Below, piece by piece: positions 29,265 to 40,100 of a stretch of DNA of 64,000 nt. The stretch spans positions 704,001-768,000 of the forward strand of contig CBDCRW010000004.1 in NCBI GenBank assembly GCA_965221125.1, given 5' to 3'. The position numbers and the translations under genes are program-made. Below the pieces are notes generated by a model. That model saw only the letters and a program-made list of their open reading frames with translations. It made no database searches and had not been told where the DNA came from. The stretch is from Alphaproteobacteria bacterium (GTDB lineage Bacteria; Pseudomonadota; Alphaproteobacteria; UBA828). Positions within the stretch are counted from its first letter, which is position 1. Every line of letters starts with the position of its first letter.

Positions 29265-31370
29265 TCAGAGGCTGGCAGGGGACTGGATGCCGGAGCCGGC
29301 CTGTTGGCCGGTACCATTGCCGTCACCGACAACGGCGGGAGCGCCCGAGTTGGCGGTGTCGGTATCGACCGGCATGTCCTCGGGCTTCACCAGGCCGTTC
29401 ACGACCTGGAGCGTCCCGTCGCTGCCGACCGTGACGATGCAGCCGGCGATGGCGATATCCTCGGGTTTGAAGATCGCGCGGGCCTTGATGGCATCCTGGA
29501 TCTGCTCGAGGCGCGGCTCGATGGTCTCGGCCTCCTCGATCAGCTCGTCGGTCCAGGCGTCCTCGTCCATGTTGACGAGCTCGTCGTGGCGGGTATGCAG
29601 CCGCTCGATCTCGGCCTTTTCCTCGTCGGTGGGCTCGGCCGGGGTGGGATGCACGCGCCCGAAGCGGGCGAGGTCGGACCATTCGACGTCGAGCCTGGCC
29701 TCGGCCCACTTCCAGCGGGTGGCGAGCTCATCCGCCGCCACCTTGAGCCGGTCCATGGCGAGCTGCATCAACAGCGCGGGGTCCTCCAGCCAGACGCCAT
29801 TCTCGTACTCGTCGGCGAAGAGGTCGCGCAGCACCGGACCCCCCGCCGCCTCGTAGGCGTCGATGCCGACATAGCGGGCGAGCATGGCGCCGGCGGGGAT
29901 GCGGTCCTCGGTGAGCATACGCTTGATCTGCCAGCCGGTGGGCCGGTAGCCCTGGTCCTTGACCTGTTCCCATACGGCCACCTGGCGCACGGTGTCGGTG
30001 GTGACGGCGAAGGCCTTCAGGGTCTCCAGGTCGATGGCGTTCTCCCGGTAGGCGTCCAGCAGCTCGGGCGCGGCGTGGCCGAGGCGCAGGCGCTGCTCGA
30101 CGATGCGCTCGGAGACGCCGAAGCGGGCGGCGATGTCGGCGACGGTGGCGCCGGCGAGCGCGAGCGCGCCGAAGGCCTGCACCTGATCGGCCGGGTGCAT
30201 TGCGACGCGCACCACGTTCTCGGCGAGCGAGATCTCGCCGTCGGCGGCGCCGTTGTCGACGATGCGGCAGGGGACGGGATGGTTGGGCTCGCGGCGCACG
30301 CAGGAGCCGACGAGGAACTCGCCCACCTCGCGCCTCAGCCGCATGGCGTAGGAAACGATGGAGCCGAGGTTGACGTCGTCGGCCATGCGGTAGAGCGAGC
30401 CGCAGAGGGCGATCAGCGCGCTCGCGTTCTCGGGCACGGCCGCGTTCTCGGGATCGTCGATGACGGCCCTGGGGTGGGGCAGCTCCCGCCAGACCTTGAG
30501 GAAGGCGGAGAACTCCACCGCCGCGGCCTCGCCGACGGTGCCCCGGAACAGCGCCCGCTCGACGGACGGATCGAGCCCGTTCCGGTGCTTGAGGATGTTG
30601 GAAACGAAGTGCCAGGTGCGGGGACAGGGAAACGCTGCCTCGCGCGACTGGGGATCGAACACATGCAGAAGCTCCGGGCGGAGCTGGATGAAGAAAAGAG
30701 TCTCCGGGGCGATTCCGTTGGCGGCTCCCCATTCGCACCAGTCCGAGGCGTCGACCTTGATCTCGAGGTGGACGAAGCGCGAGGCCAGGGGCGTCGGCAT
30801 GCGGTGAGTGACGCCGCGATCGCTCTCGCGGTTGCCGCAGGCGACCAGCGAGGCGCCTTCGGGGAGCTCGTACTCGCCGACCCGGCGGTCGAGAACGAGC
30901 TGGTACAACGCGGCCTGGACCATGGGCACCGCGGACGGGAGCTCCTCGAGGTTGATGAGGAACCGTTCGTCGGAGTGCGAGGGGGGCAGGAACGACGGGG
31001 GCGCCCAGTGGGTGCGCTGGTCGAGCAGCTCGGCGACCGCCTGGTAGCGCCGGACGATGGCGGGCACGTCGGTGGCGATGCCCTCGTCGCGGCACTGCTG
31101 CAGGATGACCTCGACCAGCATGCGCTCCAGCACGTTCATCGAGCGCCAGGGGATGCCGCGCAGATCCACGGTGTCGAGCAGCAGCGCGCGCACGTCGATG
31201 TAGATGCACCGGAGAGCCGCGGCGACTTGGCTGACGATGTCGCTCTTGGCGGAGCCGGGCGGCCCCCAGACCATGACCGGCTGCCTGGCTTCGACAAGGA
31301 TCTTGAGGGTGGCGGCGAGCTCGCTGGGGCGTAGCGTGTAGTCGGCGGAGATGGTCTGAGGCAAGGTCAT
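29265..31370 (-). CDS. In-frame fusion of MoxR-like AAA ATPase and partial ParB-like protein (probable deletion product)
   Basis: N-part parallels 6807-7832 up to GSCVRREP, then VPCRIV...SLAENVVR..MHPADQ and HTH; C-terminus ends earlier than the 56109 copy. Confidence 0.8.
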   Translation of the reverse strand: MTLPQTISADYTLRPSELAATLKILVEARQPVMVWGPPGSAKSDIVSQVAAALRCIYIDVRALLLDTVDLRGIPWRSMNVLERMLVEVILQQCRDEGIATDVPAIVRRYQAVAELLDQRTHWAPPSFLPPSHSDERFLINLEELPSAVPMVQAALYQLVLDRRVGEYELPEGASLVACGNRESDRGVTHRMPTPLASRFVHLEIKVDASDWCEWGAANGIAPETLFFIQLRPELLHVFDPQSREAAFPCPRTWHFVSNILKHRNGLDPSVERALFRGTVGEAAAVEFSAFLKVWRELPHPRAVIDDPENAAVPENASALIALCGSLYRMADDVNLGSIVSYAMRLRREVGEFLVGSCVRREPNHPVPCRIVDNGAADGEISLAENVVRVAMHPADQVQAFGALALAGATVADIAARFGVSERIVEQRLRLGHAAPELLDAYRENAIDLETLKAFAVTTDTVRQVAVWEQVKDQGYRPTGWQIKRMLTEDRIPAGAMLARYVGIDAYEAAGGPVLRDLFADEYENGVWLEDPALLMQLAMDRLKVAADELATRWKWAEARLDVEWSDLARFGRVHPTPAEPTDEEKAEIERLHTRHDELVNMDEDAWTDELIEEAETIEPRLEQIQDAIKARAIFKPEDIAIAGCIVTVGSDGTLQVVNGLVKPEDMPVDTDTANSGAPAVVGDGNGTGQQAGSGIQSPASL

Positions 31371-31521
31371 GGGCATGCTCCGGATGGCGGATGGACGGCG
31401 CGGGTCACGCCCTCCGGGCGCCCGGCCTTCGCCCTGCCGGCAGCGCCGCTCCACTCGTCGTGTCCGGAGGCAGGGGGCGGAAGCCTGCCGCCGGGTGGCG
31501 GCGGGGTGCGCGGTGCCGAAA

Positions 31522-32337
31522 TCAGGCGCAGTCAAGGCCGGTCGGGTCGTCGCAACGGATGGCGGCCGGGGACACGCCGGTCAGTTCCGGCAGGGGGATG
31601 CGGGAAGGCGACAGGGTGTGACGGATGCGGCGCTCAAGCTCCACGTAGGTGCGGTAGAGCGCCGGGCGGAGCTCGGCCGCGCGGCGAAGGTCGGCGCGGG
31701 ACGCCAGGATGCAGAAGCTGCAGCTCAGCCTCGACATGCCGGCGGCATAGGCCCAGTGCGGCGACTGGCCGGCGGTGCGAATGACGCGGAAGACGTCCTC
31801 GGTCGAAAGATCGAAGACGGGCAGCCAATCGAAAACTTCGCGGCCCGCCACGCTCATCCGGTCGTTGCGCTGCCACGGCGCCTTCCTGGCGCGCGCCGGG
31901 CTTTCCTCCGCGCGCATGCCCATGGCATTGACGAGGCGGCCGCCGAAGCGCGGATGGGCCTTGAGCCAGCGTCGCAGCTCGCGCTGGATCGGTCCGGATT
32001 TAAAATCCGAGGTACACCAGCGTGCGGAATTCGAGGGCCAGAGACCCCGCTCCTCGACCCGTTCGAGCAGGGTCTTGCCGGACGCGACGGGGGCGAACAT
32101 CAGCGGAACGCCAAGGGGAAGAGTGGCCTCGATGTGCTCGACTGTGCCAGGCCACTCGACCTCGCCAAGCGGGGCGTGAACCGCCATGAGCTGGTCGCGC
32201 GGAACCATCCGCGACAGCAGGATGGTCATGGCCTGTGAGTCCTTGCCGCCTGAGTGGTTGATGACCACAAGGGCGCCGGTGCGGATCATTTCGTTGCACC
32301 GCGGCGGTACGGGAACTTCGGCGAGGCGGTCGGACAT
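31522..32337 (-). CDS. PAPS-reductase-family (PP-loop) protein
   Basis: HSGGKDSQ, RWCTSDFK, GMRAEESPAR, H.AY..GMSRLSCSFC. Confidence 0.9.
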   Translation of the reverse strand: MSDRLAEVPVPPRCNEMIRTGALVVINHSGGKDSQAMTILLSRMVPRDQLMAVHAPLGEVEWPGTVEHIEATLPLGVPLMFAPVASGKTLLERVEERGLWPSNSARWCTSDFKSGPIQRELRRWLKAHPRFGGRLVNAMGMRAEESPARARKAPWQRNDRMSVAGREVFDWLPVFDLSTEDVFRVIRTAGQSPHWAYAAGMSRLSCSFCILASRADLRRAAELRPALYRTYVELERRIRHTLSPSRIPLPELTGVSPAAIRCDDPTGLDCA

Positions 32338-32657
32338 GGATCGGTCTCCCCGGCGGTGGCGCGAGAGGCCGCTCCGCGGCCCCCGGAAGGCGCCCCGCCG
32401 AGGCCGGGCTCTGCCTCCTGCTGGCGCTACGCCCACCGGGCGGCGGTCGCTGCGGGTGTGAGACCGGAAGCGGCGAGACCGCGACAGGGAATCTGCCCGG
32501 GCCGGCAGCGGGGGGATCGGCGATAGCGAACTGGAGGCGCGGCGCGGGCGTTGTTGCGAGGCGCTGCACCGGAGTGCTAACTGCCGGTCGTGAGTTGCGT
32601 GGGCGGTCGCGCTACGGCGTTGCGGGCAATGCGAGACAGAGGGGGTTGGAAACCGTC

Positions 32658-33047
32658 ATGGAGGCGAAGGCACGTCGGAGGGTTCCGGCGTTTGTCAGAA
32701 TCCTGGCGCTGGTGTGCGTCAGGCAATCGATGCTCGAAACGCTACACCGCGGCGCGACGCCGATTACGCGGACCGGCGACTACTCGGACGTCGTCGTGGT
32801 CGACGCCGAAGGTCGGCGCATTCCCTGGCCGGAGGTGTCGCGGTTCGACGAGAACGAAATGCGCGATCTGATGCGCGAGATCGTCAACAAGCTTTACACG
32901 TTTTTCGTGAAGGCCGAGGACCCTGATTTCGTGGCCTGGACCGATTTCGTGCGACCGCAGAGCTACCACTGGGACAGGCCGAAGATCGACAAGGTCTTGA
33001 TGCACTTTGTGAAGGAATACGCCCGTGTCCGGCGCAAGAAGGGGTGA
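32658..33047 (+). CDS. Hypothetical protein
   Basis: Globular-looking ORF (GDYSDVVVVDAEGRRIPW); start uncertain. Confidence 0.7.
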   Translation: MEAKARRRVPAFVRILALVCVRQSMLETLHRGATPITRTGDYSDVVVVDAEGRRIPWPEVSRFDENEMRDLMREIVNKLYTFFVKAEDPDFVAWTDFVRPQSYHWDRPKIDKVLMHFVKEYARVRRKKG

Positions 33048-33240
33048 TGGAAAAAGGAGATAGCCAAGGCCCGTGCAATCCTTAGCGCACTGCCGAACGA
33101 AGTGCCGATGCCAAAGACGGGCGAAGCATGATCCGGGGGCTGGCCCCGTGCTTGGCGAGGATACGGTCGCGAGGGAGCGCCACCAGGGCGCCGTCACGGG
33201 GCTGAGTTCCAGACGTGAAACCATCCGCAGAACGGTTTGA

Positions 33241-33568
33241 ATGAGTCTTCCAGACATCGACTTCCACTACATCCGTCCCGTTGACGGCAGCCGCCAGGAC
33301 GGATTCGAAGAGCTTTGCTGCCAGCTCGCCTCGCTCGAGCCCTCCAGGGCCGGCTCACATTTCGTCCGAAAGGGTCGAGGAGGCGCTTGCCCATGGCGAG
33401 GATGTCCGGCTGCCGGTATTCGGGAGCTTCGGCACCAGAATCCGGCCGGCTCGTACCGGACGCAATCCGAGGACCGGCGAGGCCGTTTCGATACCGGCGT
33501 CCACTTCGCCAACGTTCAAGGCGGGGAAGACGCTGAAGGACGCCGTGAATGGGGGTGGGGGATACTGA
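33241..33568 (+). pseudogene. Chimeric scar: N-terminus of an Mrr-like nuclease gene joined to the C-terminal part of an HU gene
   Basis: IDFHYIRPVDGSRQDGFEELCCQLA...RKG then, in another frame, EALAHGEDVRL..FGSF...ARTGRNPRTGE...PTFKAGK.LKDAVN. Confidence 0.75.
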
Positions 33569-33987
33569 CGGCGCTACCAGAGAAAATCGCGCCTGGAAGC
33601 GCCTCAAGCAGACTGAATATGGATCCTGGCCGATTGCTATACGATGACGGACACTATGCGAGCTGTCGGGGCGGTGCCGGAAAAGCCGAAGAAAGCCGCA
33701 GCGTTGACGGCTGGCCTGCTATCGATCCGGATGATGCATCGCGCATCAGGCAAGAAGGTCGTGAAGCTGTCCGTTCTGGCCCACTTCGCCACAGGGGTAA
33801 CTGCCGTTAGAGCAAAATCGGTTCGACGGGATTCTGGCGGCCCGAGTAATGGGCGGAGCTCGCCCAGCTATTCGAGGGCCGAGCCTACCATATCGGTGAT
33901 TGGTGAGTTGGGACGGTATGGTACGAAGGGCATCAGTTTGAGCGTCAATAGAATGCACAGCGCACCAAGGGTGTAATGGAGGATGGC

Positions 33988-34203
33988 ATGAGTACGGGCC
34001 GGGAACCAACGTTTTCAGAATTGGTACGGCTGAGTACGTCGGCCCACCAGGACGGAGCGCGAACCCTGTGGGTACCGCTACGGAATCAATTCGATCGAGA
34101 GGGGCCTGACGCGGCAAGAGAATATCTGCTGGCGCAACGACAGCGGCTCGTGGAGCAAGTGGAGAAACAGCTTGATCAGCTCGATGGGCGAATAGATGGC
34201 TAA
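33988..34203 (+). CDS. Small hypothetical protein with C-terminal coiled coil
   Basis: GGAGG RBS; stop overlaps the start of the SMC-like gene. Confidence 0.7.
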   Translation: MSTGREPTFSELVRLSTSAHQDGARTLWVPLRNQFDREGPDAAREYLLAQRQRLVEQVEKQLDQLDGRIDG

Positions 34204-36274
34204 CGGGTTCCGGATAGAGCGGATATCGATCGAAGGATTCAAGGGGTTCACGAGAGTTCAGGAAATTGAGCTGAAGAACCGCCATGTGTTCCTGTTGGGT
34301 CCGAATGGGAAAGGCAAATCCAGCATCGTTGAGGCCATTCGATGGGGCCTTTTCGGTTCCACCGGCAGGCGGAACGACGTTGTACGTAACGGAAGCTACA
34401 GCGGCGAGTGCCGCGTCGTGATCGATTTGTCGCGGGATGGCAACGAGTGGAATCTCACTCGCGTGTTGATGCCCGGAAGCGGAGAGAGCCGACCGGAACT
34501 GGTGGACCATTTGGGGGAGGTGAGGAACATCCGCGATGTCATGCCTCAGATTCACTCGCTCGATGCTGGCGAAGGAGCACACATCATTTTCGCGGCGCAA
34601 TCTGCTCCTCTCGGCCGTCCTCCGGAGGATTTGAGCCCATTCGAGAAGACTGTGATCGGCCATTTGGGGCTAACCGATGCAAGCGCACTGGCGAGCCATC
34701 TTGATACTTTCGTGAAGGAACAAGGAGAGGAGGAGGCCCGTCTAACCAGACTCGTGGACGACAGACGTGATCGTCTTGAAGAGCGGATCGCGCAGTTGCA
34801 GCGGCAGCGCGGAGGGATTCTCGAAGCTCCACCATGGGATGGTGAGCTTCCACCCTCAATCGCGGAAAGTGAGGACAAGGCGAAGGAGTTGATCAATGAG
34901 ATCACACCGGACGACTCAGACGGTGAATCCAGTGCAATGCGACTTGACGCTCTCGTTGATAAGGCGGACCGAGCTTTAGAGAAGAGGATCGGGCTGGATC
35001 GAACGCCACTCGCCGAAGATCTGGCTCGGCTAGACCAGGTGTTAACCGAGTTGAAGACGATTAGTGACATATTGACGGCCATCGGCGACAAGAAAGACTA
35101 CCTCCAAGAGGCGGAAGAGGCCCGCGATGAGGTCCTCAACGGCGTAGGGTTAGACGAGTTACGCAGACGTATGGAGTCACAACGTCGAAGTGCGGGAGCC
35201 GCAGCTCTCGGCCGGCGGCTGGGTGAGGTCGCGGCTGAATTGATCGATCGCAGCGATGACGTGGGCACAATGTCGTGTCCACTATGCGGGACTGACCACG
35301 ACCGGAATGAGCTAGGCGATCTGATTTCGGCGTTGTCGCAGACCGACGACGAGCAGAATGCCTCGAAACTGCGGGAAATGGAGGGCCAACTGAATGCGGC
35401 CCTGGAAGCAGATCGCCGAGTAGGCCAGCTTAGGGAGGAGCTGCGGGTGTGCGAGGGTGACCTCCGTGATGCGGTAGCCGATTCTGAAGACGCGAAACTG
35501 GCCGAGGCCGTCTCTGGTGGAGACGTTGGAGACTACATCGAGTCAGTGAAACAACAGAAGCTGTCAAAAGAGAAGCAGATAGACGGATTCGAAGATTGGC
35601 TAAAGGGTGTCCAAACGAGGGTTGTGAAGCTGCGCGAAGAAGCGAGGTTTCAAAGCATTCAGCAGGACCTGAAATATTTGAAGGCCGTCGATGAGGAGAT
35701 GCAGGGCGCGGAGCGATCGTTTCAGCAATTCGTGGAGTTCGGAGAATCCGTCAGGGGTATCCAGAGCTCTGTCAGATCGACCCTGACCCATGAGCTGCGC
35801 GCGAAGGCACCAAGCGTCGCGAACAAACTCACCACTGTGTTCTGCGCACTAACTAAGCACGATTACTTCGATCGGCTGGTCATCGACGACGAAAAACTAC
35901 CGAAACTTGAGCTGTTGGTAGCGAGTAGCAGCGATACCTCAGGAACATTGCATCCGACAGGCGTGTTGAACGGACAGGCGGAGAGCGCACTGGCGTTGGT
36001 CCCGCATTTCGCCTTGAGCCAGGCAGAAGAGGCACCGACAGAAGTCTATCTCGTGCTACTTGATGATCCAACCCGAGCCTTCGACAGAGAGCATATTGAG
36101 ATACTCATTGAACGGCTGGCGGATCTAGGCAAGCGGGTCCAGGTTGTTGTTGCTACGCAGGAAACGGAGACATTTCGTGAGTTGCTGCCGAAGTTTTTTG
36201 AGCGTGAGACCTACGTGGTTGTAGAACCCCAGAATTGGTCGCCTATAGATGGCCCGACACTTGTTATCCAGTGA
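34196..36274 (+). CDS. Rad50/SbcC/SMC-like ATPase with zinc hook
   Basis: GFKGF, Walker A GPNGKGKS, central CPLC in coiled coil, degenerate signature LNGQAES, Walker B LLDDP. Confidence 0.9.
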   Translation: MANGFRIERISIEGFKGFTRVQEIELKNRHVFLLGPNGKGKSSIVEAIRWGLFGSTGRRNDVVRNGSYSGECRVVIDLSRDGNEWNLTRVLMPGSGESRPELVDHLGEVRNIRDVMPQIHSLDAGEGAHIIFAAQSAPLGRPPEDLSPFEKTVIGHLGLTDASALASHLDTFVKEQGEEEARLTRLVDDRRDRLEERIAQLQRQRGGILEAPPWDGELPPSIAESEDKAKELINEITPDDSDGESSAMRLDALVDKADRALEKRIGLDRTPLAEDLARLDQVLTELKTISDILTAIGDKKDYLQEAEEARDEVLNGVGLDELRRRMESQRRSAGAAALGRRLGEVAAELIDRSDDVGTMSCPLCGTDHDRNELGDLISALSQTDDEQNASKLREMEGQLNAALEADRRVGQLREELRVCEGDLRDAVADSEDAKLAEAVSGGDVGDYIESVKQQKLSKEKQIDGFEDWLKGVQTRVVKLREEARFQSIQQDLKYLKAVDEEMQGAERSFQQFVEFGESVRGIQSSVRSTLTHELRAKAPSVANKLTTVFCALTKHDYFDRLVIDDEKLPKLELLVASSSDTSGTLHPTGVLNGQAESALALVPHFALSQAEEAPTEVYLVLLDDPTRAFDREHIEILIERLADLGKRVQVVVATQETETFRELLPKFFERETYVVVEPQNWSPIDGPTLVIQ

Positions 36275-36889
36275 CGCAGATCCCGACCGATTCGTCGCCG
36301 TCGATTGCCTGGAGCAACTGCGTTCCCGGGTCAGCCCGTCTGAATTCGGCTACAGGGTTCAGGCGTTGGCAGGACACATCCTTCTGGGACTGGGGCACAG
36401 TATTTTGGAGATCAACCAGAAGGGGCATCCGGATCTCATCAGCGAAAAGGGTGGTCAGGAATTCCGCTTTGAGGTTGAAGCTGATGTTGTTTCGCACGTT
36501 ATTTGACGCCGAATCTCCCAGATTATTTGACGTGATCGCTGCCCTGATTTCCCAGATTGCTCGGTCTTTTCCGGATCGAAGCGTAGGAGCTCATGGTCTC
36601 TGCGGGCGGTCCGGGGTCGCTGTCTGATTGAGGTTTGGACTGGTGCTTGAGGAGAGCTGACGAGGTGTCGCGCGGCCGTCGGCGCGTCAAGCGGCTGCGC
36701 CGCTCCTGCGCTTCGCTTCGGCCCTTCGGGTGACTCGCCACCGTCCACACGACGAAGTGCTGCCATGGCCTGAAGCAAGCTTCCGGCCACGGACTGGCCG
36801 CTCACCTGACGTAGTATCCCGGTGGAGGCGCAGCGCCTTCCGGACCGTTGGGGAAGGGTGGTTCCCGACGGCGGTTCCGGCTCGAACCC

Positions 36890-37930
36890 CTAGGCGTTGG
36901 CGGAACCGGGCTCCGGGAACCGCGGGGCCTGCGGCCGACTGCTGCCGTTGGCGGCGGCGGCCGCCGCCCGCTTGTCCGCTGCGCCTGCGACGACGCTGTA
37001 GCCGCCCTCGGCGTTGCGCGCGACGCGACCCTCCTGGACGAGCTTTTGCAAGATTACGCCGACGGTCTTGTGCCGGGTCGCGGCGCGTTCCCGGATCTGG
37101 CGTTGCGAGAGCGGCGCCCCGGCGTCGGCGAGCGCCTTGAGAACGCGGCATTCGGGTGTTTCGGGCTGAGGCGCCCCGCCGCCGGCCGTGGGCGGCTGGC
37201 GCAGCCGGAAGGAGGGCTCCTCTCCGTCTTCCTTGAGCTCGATCTCGATGTCGTCGAGACCGCGTGCGGCGCGATGCTCGACGGTCATGAGGGTCTGCCG
37301 GTCCCGGCGGCGCAGGTAGAGGTTCGAGTCCCCCCAGGCGTGCAGCTCACTGCTGCCCCGCAGGGCCTGCCCCGGCCTCGTGGCCCCGCTCTTGCGGGCG
37401 TGGTGGACGAGGAGGACGGCGGTCTCGAAGCGGCGTTGCAGGTCGCGCAGGAAGCCGAGGATCGGGGCGACGTCCGCAACCGTGTTCTCGTCCACGCCGT
37501 GCAGGCGGACCAGGGGGTCGAGGACCACGAGGCGCGGTGCGATGCGCTCCACGGTCTGCTGCAGGCGGCGGCGGTCGTCGAGATGGTCGAGGCGCAGTGT
37601 GGGCACGTCGATGACGGCGATGTCGAGGGTCTCGAAGCGGGCGCCTGCGGCGCGGGCGATCCCCTGCAGGCGCTTGCGCACGAGGTGGCCGGCGTCTTCT
37701 GCGGCGAACAGCAGGACCGGGCCAGGCCGGGCCGGGGCGAAGTGCCGCAGGCATGGGACGCCGGCGGCGACTGCGACCGCGAGGTCCAGCGCCAGGATGG
37801 ACTTGCCGCACTTCGGCTCGCCGCCGACGATGCCGACGGCCTGCTCGCCCCATAGCGTGTCCACCAGCCATTGCTGCTCGCGCGGCCGCTCCTCCAGCTC
37901 GATCGGGGCGCGGGTCGGGAAGCCGGTCAT
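36890..37930 (-). CDS. AAA_25 (RepA-like) ATPase, copy 2
   Basis: Translation identical to 16062-17102. Confidence 0.85.
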   Translation of the reverse strand: MTGFPTRAPIELEERPREQQWLVDTLWGEQAVGIVGGEPKCGKSILALDLAVAVAAGVPCLRHFAPARPGPVLLFAAEDAGHLVRKRLQGIARAAGARFETLDIAVIDVPTLRLDHLDDRRRLQQTVERIAPRLVVLDPLVRLHGVDENTVADVAPILGFLRDLQRRFETAVLLVHHARKSGATRPGQALRGSSELHAWGDSNLYLRRRDRQTLMTVEHRAARGLDDIEIELKEDGEEPSFRLRQPPTAGGGAPQPETPECRVLKALADAGAPLSQRQIRERAATRHKTVGVILQKLVQEGRVARNAEGGYSVVAGAADKRAAAAAANGSSRPQAPRFPEPGSANA

Positions 37931-38730
37931 GGCCGCAGTTCCTCGAGCGCGTGCTGCAGGTGGTCGGCACTGACGGTCCTCGCCTCGTCGAGAGCGGCGG
38001 CGGAGAGCGCGTAGTGGGCGATGCGGTTGATCTGGCGCGGCAGGCCGCGCGCGCCCTGGAACAGGGCCTCGACGGCGGGCTCTTCGAACAGCGGCAGTTC
38101 GCATCCCGCGAGCCTGAGGCGGTGCTTGATGTAAGCGTCGACCTCGTCGCGGTCGAGACCGCTCAGGTGGTGGCGGACGACGAGGCGCTGGCTGAGGGAT
38201 TCGTGCATGGCCATGGCCAGGCGGCGCCTGAGCTCGGTCAGACCGACGAGGACGAGGCACAGGCGCTGCTCTGCATCCATGGCGAAGTTGGTGAGCAGGC
38301 GCAGGTCCTCAAGGACGTCGTTGCGCAGATGATGGGCCTCGTCGATGACGAGGACCGGCAGCTGCTTGGCCTCGGTGACGAGGCGGGAGATCTCGTTTCG
38401 GATGGCCTGATAGGCCGAGGCGCGGGAGCGCTCGATGGGCAGGCCGATCTCCCACGCGATCGCCTTGTACATGTCGAGCACGTTGCCCGTGGTCAGCGAG
38501 ACGTAGTGGACCCGGTAGAGGCCTGGATGAAGCTGCGCGGTCAGATGCCGGCACACGGTGGTCTTGCCGGAGCCCACCTCGCCGGTGAGCAGGCCGATGC
38601 CGCGCAGGTCGATGAGGTGGCCGAGCCTGGCCTCGGCCTCGCGGCGCGCGTTGGACTCGAACAGCTCGTCGGTCTCTGCCGGGGTCTCGAAGGGCAGGCG
38701 GGTGAAGGCGAAGTGGCGCAGGTACATCAC
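37927..38730 (-). CDS. ExeA/TnsC-like ATPase, copy 2
   Basis: Translation identical to 15262-16065. Confidence 0.9.
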   Translation of the reverse strand: MMYLRHFAFTRLPFETPAETDELFESNARREAEARLGHLIDLRGIGLLTGEVGSGKTTVCRHLTAQLHPGLYRVHYVSLTTGNVLDMYKAIAWEIGLPIERSRASAYQAIRNEISRLVTEAKQLPVLVIDEAHHLRNDVLEDLRLLTNFAMDAEQRLCLVLVGLTELRRRLAMAMHESLSQRLVVRHHLSGLDRDEVDAYIKHRLRLAGCELPLFEEPAVEALFQGARGLPRQINRIAHYALSAAALDEARTVSADHLQHALEELRP

Positions 38731-40055
38731 TCGTCCTCCTTCTTGTCCTTGAGGTTGCGCATGGCCAGCGGCGAGGGCGGAGGCTCGGGCGCCGGATCTT
38801 CGGCCTCGATCTCCCTGGCCGGGTAGGTGCGCCTGACGGCGGTATTGGCGTAGGCGTCGAGAGGGCTGGCCTTGCCGGCCGGCTTGCCGTCATGGACCAC
38901 GTCGAGAGGGCGCGAGGGCGGCGCGGCCGGGTCGTAGCGCAGGATGACGTTCTGACCCACCAGGAGGGCGTCGACCTCGTAGACGCGGCCGTTCAGACTA
39001 ACGGTGCGGTCCTTGTAGACACGGCGCCTGGCCTCGAAGAGGAACAGATCGTCGAGGTCCATGGTGGCGTCGGGATAGCGCACGCCGGCCGAGGCCAGCG
39101 CCCACTGCTCAAGCGGGGTGCGCCCCTCGTCGAGGCCACGATGCGGGCTGTTGTGATACTCCCCCTCGATCCAGGCCCAGAGGCTGCGGTTGAGCGCCTC
39201 CAGGCTGTCGACGTCATCGCCGAGGTGGCGGAGCCAGCCGGCCCGGAGGGTGCGGAAGAAGCGCTCGATCTTACCCTTTCCCGCTGGCTGGAACGCCCTT
39301 GCGTGAATCAACGCAACGCCGAGCCTGGCGCAGACCAGGGAGAGATGACGGGAGCGGTAGGCGCTTCCGTTGTCGACGTACAAGCGGGCCGGGAGGCCGC
39401 GCCGGATCAGCGCGTCCTTGAACACCGGCAGGAACGCCGCAGTGTTCTCCGCCATGGCGAAGGCGGCGAACGGGATGACGCGGGTGGCGTCGTCGATGAA
39501 GGCGATCAGGTAGGTCTTGCGCCGGGTTCGGCCGTGCCGGACCTTGGGTCCGTGCATGACGTCGCTCATCCACATCTCGCCGGCATGCCGGAAGGCGAAG
39601 CGGCGGCGATCCGCCCCGTCGGGCGGCTTCTTGTCGAACAGGCCCTCGCGGCTGAAGAGGCGGTGCACGGTGGACGAGGCGAGCGGGTGGTCGATACCCT
39701 CCTCCTTGACCTTCTGGATGATGGCGCGAACCGACAATGCGTCGTTCTCGGTCTTCAGCGCGATGAGGCGCTCGGCGACCTCGGGCGGCAGCCGCCGGGG
39801 CTTCCCCCGGTCGGTGCGGGGCTTGGGGTAGAGCGCGTCGAAGCCGCCGTAGCGGTAGTCCTTGATCCAGCGCCGCATGGTCTCGGCGGCGACCCGGGTC
39901 CTGGTGGTTCCGGGGATCGTGTAGGTCTTCTCGGCTTTGGCGCGCATCATCGCGCCGGCACCCGGTGCACCCACGGGCAGATGCACCAGATCGGCGATGA
40001 CGTCGTATCGGAAGAGCGCGATCTGTTGGCGAAGGTCGTCGTCTGAGCTGTTCAT
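38727..40055 (-). CDS. DDE transposase, copy 2
   Basis: Translation identical to 13937-15265. Confidence 0.93.
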   Translation of the reverse strand: MNSSDDDLRQQIALFRYDVIADLVHLPVGAPGAGAMMRAKAEKTYTIPGTTRTRVAAETMRRWIKDYRYGGFDALYPKPRTDRGKPRRLPPEVAERLIALKTENDALSVRAIIQKVKEEGIDHPLASSTVHRLFSREGLFDKKPPDGADRRRFAFRHAGEMWMSDVMHGPKVRHGRTRRKTYLIAFIDDATRVIPFAAFAMAENTAAFLPVFKDALIRRGLPARLYVDNGSAYRSRHLSLVCARLGVALIHARAFQPAGKGKIERFFRTLRAGWLRHLGDDVDSLEALNRSLWAWIEGEYHNSPHRGLDEGRTPLEQWALASAGVRYPDATMDLDDLFLFEARRRVYKDRTVSLNGRVYEVDALLVGQNVILRYDPAAPPSRPLDVVHDGKPAGKASPLDAYANTAVRRTYPAREIEAEDPAPEPPPSPLAMRNLKDKKEDE

Positions 40056-40100
40056 GGTGCGATCCTCGTTCAGGGACTCCCTGGCCCCGGGATCGTCACG

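Noticed and set aside
29304-31334. Long antisense ORFs (this one and many similar)
   Set aside because: Mirror frames of real GC-rich genes, with no motifs of their own
31522-32337. cysH sulfate assimilation gene
   Set aside because: No cys operon context, no C-terminal ECGLH motif, and repeated in mobile backbones
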